Assembly (NCBI GenBank): GCA_937863565.1
Contig: CALMGJ010000011.1
Location: 124,001 to 188,000 of the forward strand
Direction of reading: 5' to 3'
DNA length: 64,000 nucleotides
Source: an uncultured bacterium
GTDB taxonomy: Bacteria; AUK180
Under the pieces are notes generated by a model. That model was given only the letters and a program-made list of their open reading frames with translations, did no database searches and was not told the DNA's origin. Positions 25,001 through 34,193 of the stretch are shown here, in pieces; positions within the stretch are counted from its first letter, which is position 1, and each line of letters opens with the position of its first letter. The translations under genes were made by a program, and so were the position numbers.

Positions 25001-25179
25001 TCCACATCGATGGGATTCGCGCCGCGGTATGTTGTGGAAATGCTCAATGTCGGCATTTCGACATTCGGCATTATATCCATAGGAAGACCCGACATCGCAA
25101 GTATGCCAAAGAGAATAAGAAGCGTGAAGACGACCATGATCGCAACGGGCCTTCTTACACTGAATTCCGATATTTTCAT
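22099..25179 (-). CDS. RND-family (AcrB/SwrC-like) efflux transporter
   Basis: SVRRPV, GMVVDAAIVMFENI, AQFES, GIVVNNAI, RVKPILMTT; 1026 aa. Confidence 0.95.
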   Translation of the reverse strand: MKISEFSVRRPVAIMVVFTLLILFGILAMSGLPMDIMPNVEMPTLSISTTYRGANPIDVEKKISEPLEKNLSTVNGLKDINSVSMEGLSTIRLSFDWGYDLNEAADDIRGRLDFANYYLPEDAEKPVLRKYNASMAPIMFIGIEVEPGVEFPQKYIERNVVDKLMKVRGVGAVNLSGFADEIVSIELSADKMEKYNLSLSDVHSLLSGYNASVPATGLDIGKRYVTVRTEGEFPSILELAEIPVQRSGGKTILLQDIAKVDFGKMRQVESKVMINGRPGGLIMIRKASDENTVTVAKRVAAALDSIKRSADKLKVFVLVDQAGNVEATLKNLGYTLIFCMVFVVLIVFLLLWDLRGALIIASSIPFSLIISFIFMRMFGYTINMISLGALAIAVGMVVDAAIVMFENIFRHRYILKEPLRESAMFAPGEVGIAVSASVMTTAAIFFPLTFVRGFVGVFFSQLGVIVTIVLFASLFTSLTVVPALSSLLLPSRKKKDERQEQITAFWQRFGKRTGAMVRSSFKHGGLLIAVLLLIFGVSLILFRYIPKEFIPEQDNGRIEITMDLPAFMNVNESESMARALEDLIKNNIPDEKVIFYTAGTSRRGTAINTNQFQLNVQLTTSSSKRRPIDTVANEIRKLITAKLMGYKNFSISTSSGFGARMMSSGGSGAELEIYGDDLEKMAEKAEYWKSELLKLDEVRNAVISFERGKMEARIIPDISRAAEFGLTPLQLGDTIRTVLYGAKVGEFRQSGEVFEIYLNYSKKGLEDLDSLRSLVISTPVGKKVRLENIAEIREFESPFDISRKNRQRIITVSAILKNSKFLGKVTDWLEKNSAQDRTPGITYGLGGTSKDMKDSFKSLYRILALAVLLVFLVMAAQFESLRGPFIIMFSVPFAVTGVFIGLFITGTPMSLNAMIGMIMLVGIVVNNAIVMVDYTNTLRKRGRETRDALEEAVSDRVKPILMTTLTTALGMLPLVLARGTGSETWRPLGVSVISGLLLSTVITVFLVPNVYLILQRHSEIKNKAIY

Positions 25180-25247
25180 TGTTTCAATCCTTTATTTTCA
25201 AAGAACGTGTCCCTCGGCGCAGCTCGGTCTTCCGCCATTAACTTACC

Positions 25248-25949
25248 CTATTCTTTTCTTTGTTCATTCTTCTTGATTTTCTCCATCAGTTCTGAAAGCG
25301 AGGCGATCTCGATGTCCCAACGCGTGCTTTCGGAAAATCTGTAAACACCAAGAACTTCATGAGATACCTTTATCGTAGTGAATCCGTATGACCCGGCAAC
25401 GTCAAGCTCAAGATCATTGCCGTCCCCCGTATAATAGGAATCCGCCGGGCGGATCCCCTCTTTCTCGATAAGAAGTTTGAAAAAATTTCCGTCGGGTTTA
25501 GCGAACCCGTGATCACAGGAGAAATAAATTTTATTGAACAGGCCTTCGAACATGCGGAAGTTCCTGTTCCAAACGGCCCGAATATTCGAAGAGGCGTTTG
25601 ATAGGATAAAAAGATCGTAGCCCCCGGCTTTTGCGGCTTTGACCGCATCCAGAGCCTCGGGATATGGCGAGCAGGACAGGGCAAAGGCCTCATCGTTCTT
25701 TTTGGCGGCCTCTTCGATCACTTGCTTATCTCTTTTTATTTCCAAAATAGCCGTTATTTCCGAGAGCCTGGCCGCTGTGGTCCGGAGTTCACCTGTGATA
25801 TTCCTTCTTCCCGTTTCGCGCCAAGCGCGGAAAAATGTATCAAAATCCGTCCCGAACACTGCCGCAAGGTCTTTTTTCCCGTTCAGGAATTTTTCTTCAT
25901 CCACCTTGCACAAGGTGTCGTAGAAATCAAATATGATGTTCTTTTTCAT
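25248..25949 (-). CDS. HAD-superfamily hydrolase
   Basis: IIFDFYDTL, LSN, KPD, GD...D; start moved to MKKNIIF. Confidence 0.85.
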   Translation of the reverse strand: MKKNIIFDFYDTLCKVDEEKFLNGKKDLAAVFGTDFDTFFRAWRETGRRNITGELRTTAARLSEITAILEIKRDKQVIEEAAKKNDEAFALSCSPYPEALDAVKAAKAGGYDLFILSNASSNIRAVWNRNFRMFEGLFNKIYFSCDHGFAKPDGNFFKLLIEKEGIRPADSYYTGDGNDLELDVAGSYGFTTIKVSHEVLGVYRFSESTRWDIEIASLSELMEKIKKNEQRKE

Positions 25950-25958
25950 GTACGGAGT

Positions 25959-25987
25959 AAAAAAACGGGCGGGCATGTGCCCGCCCG
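25959..25987 (-). terminator. Rho-independent terminator after ppdK
   Basis: CGGGCGGGCA..TGCCCGCCCG stem followed by T7 on the minus strand. Confidence 0.8.
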
Positions 25988-25995
25988 CAACCGTA

Positions 25996-28734
25996 TTATT
26001 TTTTTGTTCTCTCTTTGACCACAGCCTGGGCCGCGGCAAGTCGCGCTATCGGGATCCTGAACGGAGAGCATGAAACATAGTCCATCTTCACTTTATGACA
26101 GAACTCCACCGAACGCGCTTCACCGCCATGTTCGCCGCATATACCTATCTCGAGGTTTTTATTCGTTTTCCGGCCGTTCGTTATCCCGAGCCGGACCAGT
26201 TCCCCTATGCCTTTTTGATCAAGCGATTGGAACGGATCTTCGGGCAGTATGCCTTTACTGACATAATCCGGTACGAATCCGCCTATATCGTCCCTTGAGA
26301 ATCCGAATCCCATCTGCGTAAGATCATTCGTCCCGAAAGAGAAGAACTCGGCAACCTCGGCAAGCTCATCGGCAACTATGCATGCGCGCGGGATCTCTAT
26401 CATTGTTCCGAAGAGGCATTTGATCTTTTTAAGCCCGAATTTTTTCAGCACTTCCGCGTAGATCTCTTTAAAGATATTTCTCTGGTCGAGAAGCTCGTGC
26501 TTTTCTCCGACAACCGGGATCATGACTTCGGGATAAGGTTTCAAGCCTTCTTTCAGAAGCTCGGCCGCTCCTTCGAGGATGGCCCGGATCTGCATTCGTG
26601 TGATCTCCGGATAAGTTACGCCGAGCCGGACGCCGCGATGACCCATCATCGGATTTGATTCATGGAGGTTCTCCGCACGCTTTTCAAGTTCGACATGTGA
26701 TATCCTCAGTTCCTTTGCCAATGCAGTGAGCTTATCCTTTTCTCTGGGTACGAATTCATGAAGCGGCGGATCGAGAAGCCTTATAACGACGGGATATCCG
26801 TTCATGGCGCGCATCGTTTCCTTGATATCTTTCTTAACATAAGGGAAAAGCTGTTTCAGGGCCGCTTCCCTCTCTGCAAGCGAATTTGAGATTATCATCT
26901 TCCGAAGAAGGAAAAGCGGCTGCTCCGAGCCCTTGCCGTAGAACATATGTTCTGTTCTGAACAGGCCGATGCCTTTAGCGCCGAATTGCAGAGCCTTCTT
27001 TGCGTCCTCCGGCGTATCCGCATTTGTCCGTACGCCGAGGCGTTTAATCGAATCGCACATGCCGAGAAAATCGTTCAGGATCTTATTCTCTTCCGTGGCA
27101 TCCATCATGGACAGTTTTCCGTCGTAAACGAGTCCTTTATTCCCGTTCAGCGTGATGAATTCTCCTTCTTTGAACGTCTTGCTCGGCGTTACGAGAAGTT
27201 TTTTCCCGTATTCTATATGGATACCCGAACATCCTACTATACAGCACTTCCCCCAGCCTCTTGCCACGAGGGCCGCGTGAGATGTCATGCCGCCGCGCGC
27301 AGTAAGAACGGCCTGAGCCGCTCTCATCCCCTCGACATCCTCGGGATTCGTTTCCTCCCTTACCAGGATGACCTTTTTGCCTTCTTTCGCCCATTTTACT
27401 GCGTCGGCGGCTGAGAATACGATCTGACCGAAGGCGCCGCCGGGGCCGGCCGGAAGGCCCTTTGCGATAGCTTTCTGGGTTTTTTCCGCTTTGGGATCGA
27501 TGATAGGATGAAGCAGTTCATCAAGCTGGGAAGGATTGACCCTGAGTACGGCCATATCCCTTGTGATGAGTTTTTCCCTGACCATATCGACGGCCATCCT
27601 TACGGCTGCGGGGCCGTTGCGCTTTCCCACTCTGCACTGCAGCATATAGAGCTTTCCGTTCTCGATGGTGAACTCTATGTCCTGCATATCTCTATAATGC
27701 TTCTCGAGTCTTGAGCGGAAATCGACCAATTCCTTATAGATCTTGGGCATCAATTTTTCCAGCGTTTTATCTTTTCTGTTCTGGTCGGATTTCGAATAAT
27801 CATTGATGGGAGCGGGTGTTCTTATCCCCGCAACAACATCTTCGCCCTGAGCATTTACGAGATATTCCCCGTAGAACTTATTCTCGCCGTTCCCGGGGTT
27901 CCTTGTGAAGGCTACGCCTGTAGCGGAGCTGGAACCCATGTTGCCGAAAACCATTGATTGTACGTTCACTGCGGTTCCCCAAGCGTCCGGGATGCCTTCG
28001 ATCTTTCTATAGCTGACCGCTCTTTTGCCGTTCCAGGAGGCAAAAACAGCGCCAATGCCGCCCCAGAGCTGTTTCATCGGATCGTCAGGGAATTCTTTTT
28101 TCAGGACCTGTTTTACTTTTGCTTTGAATTCGGAGCAGAGTTTCCTGAGGTCCTCCGCTTTAAGTTCCGTATCGTTCTTATAGCCATTTTTCTTCTTCAT
28201 TGCCGCCATCACGCCTTCGAGTTGTTTCCTGATTCCCGATTCATCGTCCTTGGGCTCAATGCCGGCGGCCTTTTCCATCACGACATCCGAATACATCATG
28301 ATCAGCCTTCGGTAGGCGTCATAAACAAAGCGTTCGTTCTTAGACGCTTTGATCAGGCCGGGTATCGTTTTTTCGGTAAGGCCCACATTTAGAACGGTTT
28401 CCATCATGCCCGGCATGGACTTGCGCGCGCCGGAGCGGACGGATACAAGAAGAGGGTTCTTCGGATCGCCGAATTTTTTTCCGATGACCGCTTCAACCTT
28501 CCCGAGCGCGGTTATAACATCTTCTTCGAGGCCGGCCGGATATTTTTTCCCGTTCTGATAATGCGTGCATACTTCGGTAGTGATCGTGAAGCCCGGGGGA
28601 ACGGGAAGGCGCAGGTCCTTATGTCCCGCCATTTCGGCGAGATTGGCACCCTTGCCGCCAAGCAGGTTCTTCATGCTTTCGTTTCCGTCGGCTTTCCCAC
28701 CGCCGAAAAAGTATACCATCTTCTTCTTAGCCAT
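25996..28734 (-). CDS. ppdK: Pyruvate, phosphate dikinase
   Basis: LLGGKGANLAEM, SVRSGA, GGMTSHAA, GLFRTEHMF, FSFGTNDLTQ, GICGEHGG. Confidence 0.98.
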   Translation of the reverse strand: MAKKKMVYFFGGGKADGNESMKNLLGGKGANLAEMAGHKDLRLPVPPGFTITTEVCTHYQNGKKYPAGLEEDVITALGKVEAVIGKKFGDPKNPLLVSVRSGARKSMPGMMETVLNVGLTEKTIPGLIKASKNERFVYDAYRRLIMMYSDVVMEKAAGIEPKDDESGIRKQLEGVMAAMKKKNGYKNDTELKAEDLRKLCSEFKAKVKQVLKKEFPDDPMKQLWGGIGAVFASWNGKRAVSYRKIEGIPDAWGTAVNVQSMVFGNMGSSSATGVAFTRNPGNGENKFYGEYLVNAQGEDVVAGIRTPAPINDYSKSDQNRKDKTLEKLMPKIYKELVDFRSRLEKHYRDMQDIEFTIENGKLYMLQCRVGKRNGPAAVRMAVDMVREKLITRDMAVLRVNPSQLDELLHPIIDPKAEKTQKAIAKGLPAGPGGAFGQIVFSAADAVKWAKEGKKVILVREETNPEDVEGMRAAQAVLTARGGMTSHAALVARGWGKCCIVGCSGIHIEYGKKLLVTPSKTFKEGEFITLNGNKGLVYDGKLSMMDATEENKILNDFLGMCDSIKRLGVRTNADTPEDAKKALQFGAKGIGLFRTEHMFYGKGSEQPLFLLRKMIISNSLAEREAALKQLFPYVKKDIKETMRAMNGYPVVIRLLDPPLHEFVPREKDKLTALAKELRISHVELEKRAENLHESNPMMGHRGVRLGVTYPEITRMQIRAILEGAAELLKEGLKPYPEVMIPVVGEKHELLDQRNIFKEIYAEVLKKFGLKKIKCLFGTMIEIPRACIVADELAEVAEFFSFGTNDLTQMGFGFSRDDIGGFVPDYVSKGILPEDPFQSLDQKGIGELVRLGITNGRKTNKNLEIGICGEHGGEARSVEFCHKVKMDYVSCSPFRIPIARLAAAQAVVKERTKK

Positions 28735-28744
28735 ATCTTTCCTC

Positions 28745-30778
28745 CTAATTAATTATTTTGAAGTCGGCTATTTTTAAAAGTTCTTTCGCCGTCATTACGA
28801 GAAGACCCTTGCGGTTATTCCTGATCTTCTCATCGTCGACATTCACCTTAACATTGTCAAAGAACGCGTCTATATAAGGTTTCAGCAAAAGTATATCGGC
28901 GAACATATCCTCATAGTTCTCCCTCTTGGAAAGGCACTTTTTAAATTCCTCGAAGGCCTTGAAAAGGTCTTTTTCTTCCTTTTCGGAAATGAGTTCCGGA
29001 TCGAACCCGAAGTCCGTCGCTCCCTCAAGAATGTTCATCACTCTTTTCAGTGTTATCTTCGTTTTCGGAAAATCCTCCTTTTCGGAGAATGATCCCAGCG
29101 CTCTTATCTTCCGTCGTAAAGCGAGAAGGTCTCCGCCGGGATACCGCGCGGCAGCTTCTATGATGTCGGCGCCGATGCGGCCGATCTCTTTTTCGTATGA
29201 GCGGATGCGGTCTATTATGAATTTGAAAAGCTCTTCCCCTTTCCGTTCATCGAGATAATCGAACTCCCGAAGCAGTTTAAGTATGTCAAAGGAGAAGCCG
29301 AATTTAATAATGATCTTATATATCCCTAGCGCGGCGCGACGGGCTCCGTATATATCTTCGGAACCGCTTACGGGGAGTCCCGCAGAGAACAGGGCCGACA
29401 GAAGCACCATTTTATCGGCGATCGAAAGAACCGCTCCTTCTTCGGAATCGGGACAGTTCTCTTCCCTGCCCGGAAGATAGTGTTCCTTAATGGCCGTTGC
29501 GGTTATCTCGGAGAGGCCTTTGTTCTTTGCATAGTAGTATCCCATTATACCCTGAAGATCGGCATAGGTTTTTTCATTAACCACATTCGATGCAAGGTCG
29601 GCTTTTGCGAATTTCGCCGCATTCTCTATTTCCCGGATATTCTTAAGTCCCAGTAACCGGGCAAGCAATGCCGCAGTCCGTTCCAGATATTCGCAGTGGC
29701 GCTTATAGCTTCCCCAACCCTCGAAAAGCACGATGTCTTTCAACACGTCCTTGAACTCGTCGAGGTCCGTTCCGAGGTCCAGGTCCCAAAAGAACTCCGC
29801 ATCTTCAAGTCTAGACAGGACCACGCCCTCATATCCTTTCACCACGGTTTCCATATCGCAGCTGCGGTCCATGACCGTGATGAACCTGTTAACGGGATTG
29901 CCCGACCTCCTCAAAAGAACGCATTTCTGATGTTTCCACAACGTACTTTCGATGATCTCGGTCGGAAGGCGCAGAAAGCGTTCCCCGAATTCACCTTCGA
30001 TTACGGCGGGATTTTCGGTAAGGTAGGCAAGGTATTTTTTCTGGTGGTCGTTGAGGTCGGTGCTAAAACCTCTTTGCGAAAGCCCGGATATGGCATTCTC
30101 TAGTATCTTCGCACGTGCCGCTTCGCCCAATGATCCGGCTTTTTCGAGTTCGGAAAGGAATTGCTCTCCATTTTTGATCTCCAGCGGCTCGGAAAAGAAA
30201 GCCGTGAGCGTGATCCGTGAGTTTTTTATGCCTTTGTATTCGAACGGGACAGTTTCACCGTTAATGAAAAAGTGTATCTTCCTTAAAGGCCTGATGAATT
30301 CAGGGCCTTCGCCTATCTGCATTTTTTTCTCAAACGGTATTCTTGAAAGAAGCTCCGTGAATATCGGCGGCAATACTTCTTTTATATCCCTGCCCTTTTC
30401 AGTCTTTTCAAGGTAGACATATGCGGTGCCGTCCCTGGCCTTCAGCGTGATCTGGTCCGAAGAGCATCCGTTCTTTTTAAGGAAGCCCTCTAAGGCCTTC
30501 GTGGGTTCTCCGTTCGCGGAGAAGGCGATGTTTTTGGGCGGTCCCCAGATATGTGCTACGGTATCCGATGTCTTATTCCCGATATTATTGATAACGGCGG
30601 TGATCCTATTGCGGGAGAACTCCCAGAACGTACCCCCGTGAACCGCTGCGGCCAAGATCAGTCTTTTCTCCAGTTCCACCGGAAGGAATTCCTTCGCGCG
30701 GCCGGCTTCCTCGAAAGGCATATCTTCAACGAGCAAAGAAAAAACGGCGGTCTTATCTGGCAATATCCATTCCCTCAT
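28745..30778 (-). CDS. glyS: Glycyl-tRNA synthetase beta subunit
   Basis: WGPP, FIRPLR, LTENP, HQK, RLEDAEFF, KADL, LQGIMG, EHYLP, DIYGARR, FFDNVKV..RNNR. Confidence 0.92.
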   Translation of the reverse strand: MREWILPDKTAVFSLLVEDMPFEEAGRAKEFLPVELEKRLILAAAVHGGTFWEFSRNRITAVINNIGNKTSDTVAHIWGPPKNIAFSANGEPTKALEGFLKKNGCSSDQITLKARDGTAYVYLEKTEKGRDIKEVLPPIFTELLSRIPFEKKMQIGEGPEFIRPLRKIHFFINGETVPFEYKGIKNSRITLTAFFSEPLEIKNGEQFLSELEKAGSLGEAARAKILENAISGLSQRGFSTDLNDHQKKYLAYLTENPAVIEGEFGERFLRLPTEIIESTLWKHQKCVLLRRSGNPVNRFITVMDRSCDMETVVKGYEGVVLSRLEDAEFFWDLDLGTDLDEFKDVLKDIVLFEGWGSYKRHCEYLERTAALLARLLGLKNIREIENAAKFAKADLASNVVNEKTYADLQGIMGYYYAKNKGLSEITATAIKEHYLPGREENCPDSEEGAVLSIADKMVLLSALFSAGLPVSGSEDIYGARRAALGIYKIIIKFGFSFDILKLLREFDYLDERKGEELFKFIIDRIRSYEKEIGRIGADIIEAAARYPGGDLLALRRKIRALGSFSEKEDFPKTKITLKRVMNILEGATDFGFDPELISEKEEKDLFKAFEEFKKCLSKRENYEDMFADILLLKPYIDAFFDNVKVNVDDEKIRNNRKGLLVMTAKELLKIADFKIIN

Positions 30779-31334
30779 TGAAAGCGGCGATATTGAGGGC
30801 TACCGTAGCGGGCGGCACCCGGCTCTTGATCACATCCGTCCATAGATCTTTTTCAATCTCCAGGAAGGAAGCCAGCGCACCGAGAATATAAATATTTATC
30901 GCCTTGGGATTCCCGATCTTTTTTACGATCCCCTCTTCATTGAAAAAATATGTTTTACCGTGTGTTTTCTTGATCGTTTCCTCTATGGCGGCCGGATACT
31001 GGGCGGCGCCCGTGGAAACGGTCATCGGATCAAGGCGGAAATCGGAAGATATGATGATCCCTTTTTCATTGATCGAGGGCAGAGCCCGGAACGTTTCCAG
31101 TTTTTCGAATCCCAGGATGAAATCGGCGGTCGCCGCCGGGATAATGGGTGAAAAGACCTTGTTCTTATTGAACCGTATGTCGGAAGAGACGCTTCCGCCG
31201 CGCTGCGACATCCCGTGTATCTCGCTTTTTTTCACATCGTAGCCGGCCTTAAGGCCGACATCGGAAAGTATCTCGGAAGCAAGTATTACACCCTGCCCGC
31301 CTACGCCTACGATGAGGATATCTATCTTGTTCAT
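30753..31334 (-). CDS. iorB: Indolepyruvate:ferredoxin oxidoreductase beta subunit
   Basis: GVGGQGVIL, SEIHGMSQRGGSV. Confidence 0.95.
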   Translation of the reverse strand: MNKIDILIVGVGGQGVILASEILSDVGLKAGYDVKKSEIHGMSQRGGSVSSDIRFNKNKVFSPIIPAATADFILGFEKLETFRALPSINEKGIIISSDFRLDPMTVSTGAAQYPAAIEETIKKTHGKTYFFNEEGIVKKIGNPKAINIYILGALASFLEIEKDLWTDVIKSRVPPATVALNIAAFNEGMDIAR

Positions 31335-33118
31335 TTTTTCCCCCTTATCTTATGTTTGCGCTTCGGCCTTATGCGTTCTCCGTTATGCATATGCGCTTCA
31401 ACGGGACAGAGAGCGCTGCAGACCTCGCAGCCGACGCACATAAAGGGTATCGCGATCATTTTCTTCTTTTCCGTATCAAAGCTCAGCGCGGGGCAGCCGA
31501 CAGAAAGACAGGTCTTGCATCCGATGCATTTTTCCTGATCGATCACAATAGGTACGAATCTTTCCTTGGCCTTGAATCTGAGAAGTACGCATGGAAGTTT
31601 CGTTATAATAACGCTCGGAACGGGCGACGCAACGGCTTTTTCAACTATATCGTAAAGTTCATCAAGATCATGCGGATTCACTTCATACACTTCTTTCACT
31701 CCGCAGGCCCTGCAAATCTCTTTTATATCTATCTTTTCCGCGGGTTCACCCATTAACGTGCGGCCGGTCCCCGGGTGGTCCTGAACACCGGTCATCGCGG
31801 TCGTAGAGTTGTCCACTACGAAAAGAGTGCCTTTTCCCTTATTGTAGACTACATCGATAAGCCCCGTTATGCCAGAATGGAAGAACGTGGAATCCCCTAC
31901 CATTCCTACGATCTTTTCCGCGGGCGCATCCTTCCATGCTTTCTCGATACCCTGCACCATGCTTATTCCCGCCCCCATGCAGACCTGCCAATCTATCGAT
32001 GAAAGCGGGGGAAGAACTCCCAGCGTATAGCACCCGATGTCCCCTACCACTCTGAGACCGAGTTCTCGAAGCACAACGAAGACCCCTCTGTGCGGACACC
32101 CCGGACACAGAGCGGGAGGCCTCACGGGAATGTTCGCGGCAGGTTTTTCCGGTCTTATGTCCTTGATCGCATTTCTCACGATGTCCGTGTTCAACTCGCC
32201 AAGCACCGGGATGACATTCTTCCCCTCTACGGTAATGCCTCGGGCCTTCAATTCAGTTTCGATATAGGCGTCAAGTTCTTCAACTACGACCGTTCTTTTC
32301 ATCTTCTTTACAAAAGCCCCGGCTTTTTTAAAAGGAAGCGGATGCGTCATGGCAAGCTTCAGCACTGCGGCTTCGGGGAATGACTCTTTTATATACTGAT
32401 AGGAAATACCCGATGTGATGAACCCGAGCTCGGTACCGCCGGATTCTTCTTTGTTCAGAGGGATTTCTTCGGAAAGTTCGGCCAAAGCCGCGCTCCTTTC
32501 TTCGATCTTCGCTCTTTTCACTCTTGCGTGAGCAGGTATCGTCACATATTTTTTGGGATTTTTCTCCGGGAAGGGTTTTTGCGGCGCTTCCGTTCTGGGA
32601 AGAAGCTCTACAATGCTTTTCGAGTGGGCGATCCTTGTCGTTATCCTGAGAAGCACCGGCGTATCGTATTTTTCCGATATCTCCAGGGCCGCTTTCACGA
32701 AATCCTTGGCCTCCTGAGAATCGGACGGTTCAAGCATCGGTATCTTTGCGAATTTGGCGTAATTGCGGTTATCCTGTTCATTCTGCGATGAATGCATACC
32801 CGGGTCGTCGGCGGAAACTATTACGAATCCGCCTTCGATACCTGTATAGGAGGCGGTGAAATACGGATCGGCGGCCACATTCAGCCCCACATGCTTCATG
32901 GCGCAGATGCTTCTTTTTCCCGAGAAAGCGGCACCAAGCGCGACCTCGAAGGCGACCTTTTCATTGGTCGACCACTCGCTGTAGATATCCTTGTATTTCG
33001 CGATATTTTCAAGGATCTCGGTAGAGGGGGTTCCCGGATAAGCGGCGGCAAGTACAACGCCCGCTTCCCAGGCCCCGCGTGCTATGGCCTCATTGCCCGA
33101 AAGCAGTTTTTTTTCCAT
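31331..33118 (-). CDS. iorA: Indolepyruvate:ferredoxin oxidoreductase alpha subunit
   Basis: GNEAIARG, YPGTPSTE, MKHVGLNVAAD, CPGCPH, GDIGCY, GDSTFFHSG, ferredoxin tail. Confidence 0.97.
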   Translation of the reverse strand: MEKKLLSGNEAIARGAWEAGVVLAAAYPGTPSTEILENIAKYKDIYSEWSTNEKVAFEVALGAAFSGKRSICAMKHVGLNVAADPYFTASYTGIEGGFVIVSADDPGMHSSQNEQDNRNYAKFAKIPMLEPSDSQEAKDFVKAALEISEKYDTPVLLRITTRIAHSKSIVELLPRTEAPQKPFPEKNPKKYVTIPAHARVKRAKIEERSAALAELSEEIPLNKEESGGTELGFITSGISYQYIKESFPEAAVLKLAMTHPLPFKKAGAFVKKMKRTVVVEELDAYIETELKARGITVEGKNVIPVLGELNTDIVRNAIKDIRPEKPAANIPVRPPALCPGCPHRGVFVVLRELGLRVVGDIGCYTLGVLPPLSSIDWQVCMGAGISMVQGIEKAWKDAPAEKIVGMVGDSTFFHSGITGLIDVVYNKGKGTLFVVDNSTTAMTGVQDHPGTGRTLMGEPAEKIDIKEICRACGVKEVYEVNPHDLDELYDIVEKAVASPVPSVIITKLPCVLLRFKAKERFVPIVIDQEKCIGCKTCLSVGCPALSFDTEKKKMIAIPFMCVGCEVCSALCPVEAHMHNGERIRPKRKHKIRGKK

Positions 33119-33144
33119 TCGCGGCTCCTCTTGAACATTTATTT

Positions 33145-33172
33145 ATTTTAACAAATTTTGAAAATAATTCAA
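33145..33172 (-). promoter_or_regulatory. Sigma70-type promoter TTGAAT-N16-TAAAAT (extended -10)
   Basis: Upstream of the iorA RBS GAGGAG. Confidence 0.5.
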
Positions 33173-33368
33173 CAGAGCGGATCCCGCCGCATTGTGCTGC
33201 TTGACGCCCGTTAGTAACGCTTGAATATCCTAACTGTCAACTTCTGGTACGATCTTGCTTCTCTGATCTTTAATTGTCAATTCCCGATTATTCTTCCTTA
33301 TTCATTGCGCTTCACTACCGGTATCAAACCTCTCCTTGTCATTTTTTCTTTTCCGTTATCCGCTCTTT

Positions 33369-33662
33369 TCAGTAGCTTCCGGTCCCGGCATAATCGGTGA
33401 AAGTGAAGAATTCTTCGTAATGTTCAACATATTGCTGTTCGTATGTAGGCAGTTCTTCTGCCGCGGCGACCGTGTTTTTGTCGCTCTTGCCGAATGGTTT
33501 GAGCGTGAACATGAAAACGGAAACAAAGAGTATAATGAGCGCGAGCATCGAAACACCCTTATAGAATCTCAGTTTTTTATGTTCGTATTTCGCTATCCGT
33601 TCCAGGCTTTTATAGTAGATGTTCTTTTCGATCTCATTGTTCCATTCGATGTTATTTTCCAT
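33369..33662 (-). CDS. Single-pass membrane protein, probable anti-sigma factor
   Basis: Overlaps the end of the ECF sigma gene; GGAGG RBS; one TM helix. Confidence 0.65.
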   Translation of the reverse strand: MENNIEWNNEIEKNIYYKSLERIAKYEHKKLRFYKGVSMLALIILFVSVFMFTLKPFGKSDKNTVAAAEELPTYEQQYVEHYEEFFTFTDYAGTGSY

Positions 33663-34149
33663 AGCTTACCTCCTTTTGCAAACTGTGGCGCGCCCTATAG
33701 AGCGCAGTCTTCACTGCGGATTCGTTCTTCCCTATGATCCTGCAGATCTGCTTGACCGACATCTCTTCGAGATAATAAAGCGTAAGGATCTCCCTCTCGA
33801 CGGGCTTCATCCTTTCAATTGCAGATAACATTTCCAGCCGTTCCGCTGCGGTCTCCTCCGGCGTATCGGGAATATCGAAGTCTTCATCAACGGCGATCCT
33901 GTCGTCGTACGAGATCGTCTCCTTTTTTCTGCGGAAGTGATCGATGGCGGCATTATGGGCGATCCGGAACAGGTAAGAGAGCATCTTGCCCCTTTCCTCA
34001 TAGTGTTTCCGCTTCTTGTAGAATCTGAAAAAGACCTCGCTCGTCAGATCTTCGGTATCGCTTCTGTTACCTACGATCCTGTAGATGAAGCTGTATATCT
34101 GCCTGACATATCCCCGGTAAATCCCTTCAAAATCATCTGCTTCGTTCAT
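33652..34149 (-). CDS. ECF RNA polymerase sigma factor
   Basis: DTEDLTSEVF, YLFRIAHNAAIDHFR, REILTLYY...VKTALYRAR. Confidence 0.95.
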   Translation of the reverse strand: MNEADDFEGIYRGYVRQIYSFIYRIVGNRSDTEDLTSEVFFRFYKKRKHYEERGKMLSYLFRIAHNAAIDHFRRKKETISYDDRIAVDEDFDIPDTPEETAAERLEMLSAIERMKPVEREILTLYYLEEMSVKQICRIIGKNESAVKTALYRARHSLQKEVSYGK

Positions 34150-34164
34150 ATCTCTCTTAACAAT

Positions 34165-34193
34165 ATAACGCCTCCGGAGGCAAAAAGGTTACT
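34165..34193 (-). promoter_or_regulatory. Putative autoregulatory ECF promoter (GTAACC-N16-CGTTAT)
   Basis: AAC-N17-CGT spacing directly upstream of the ECF sigma gene. Confidence 0.6.

Noticed and set aside
33120-33368. Riboswitch or ncRNA upstream of iorA
   Set aside because: No recognisable aptamer, T-box or terminator; the predicted promoter lies close to iorA.
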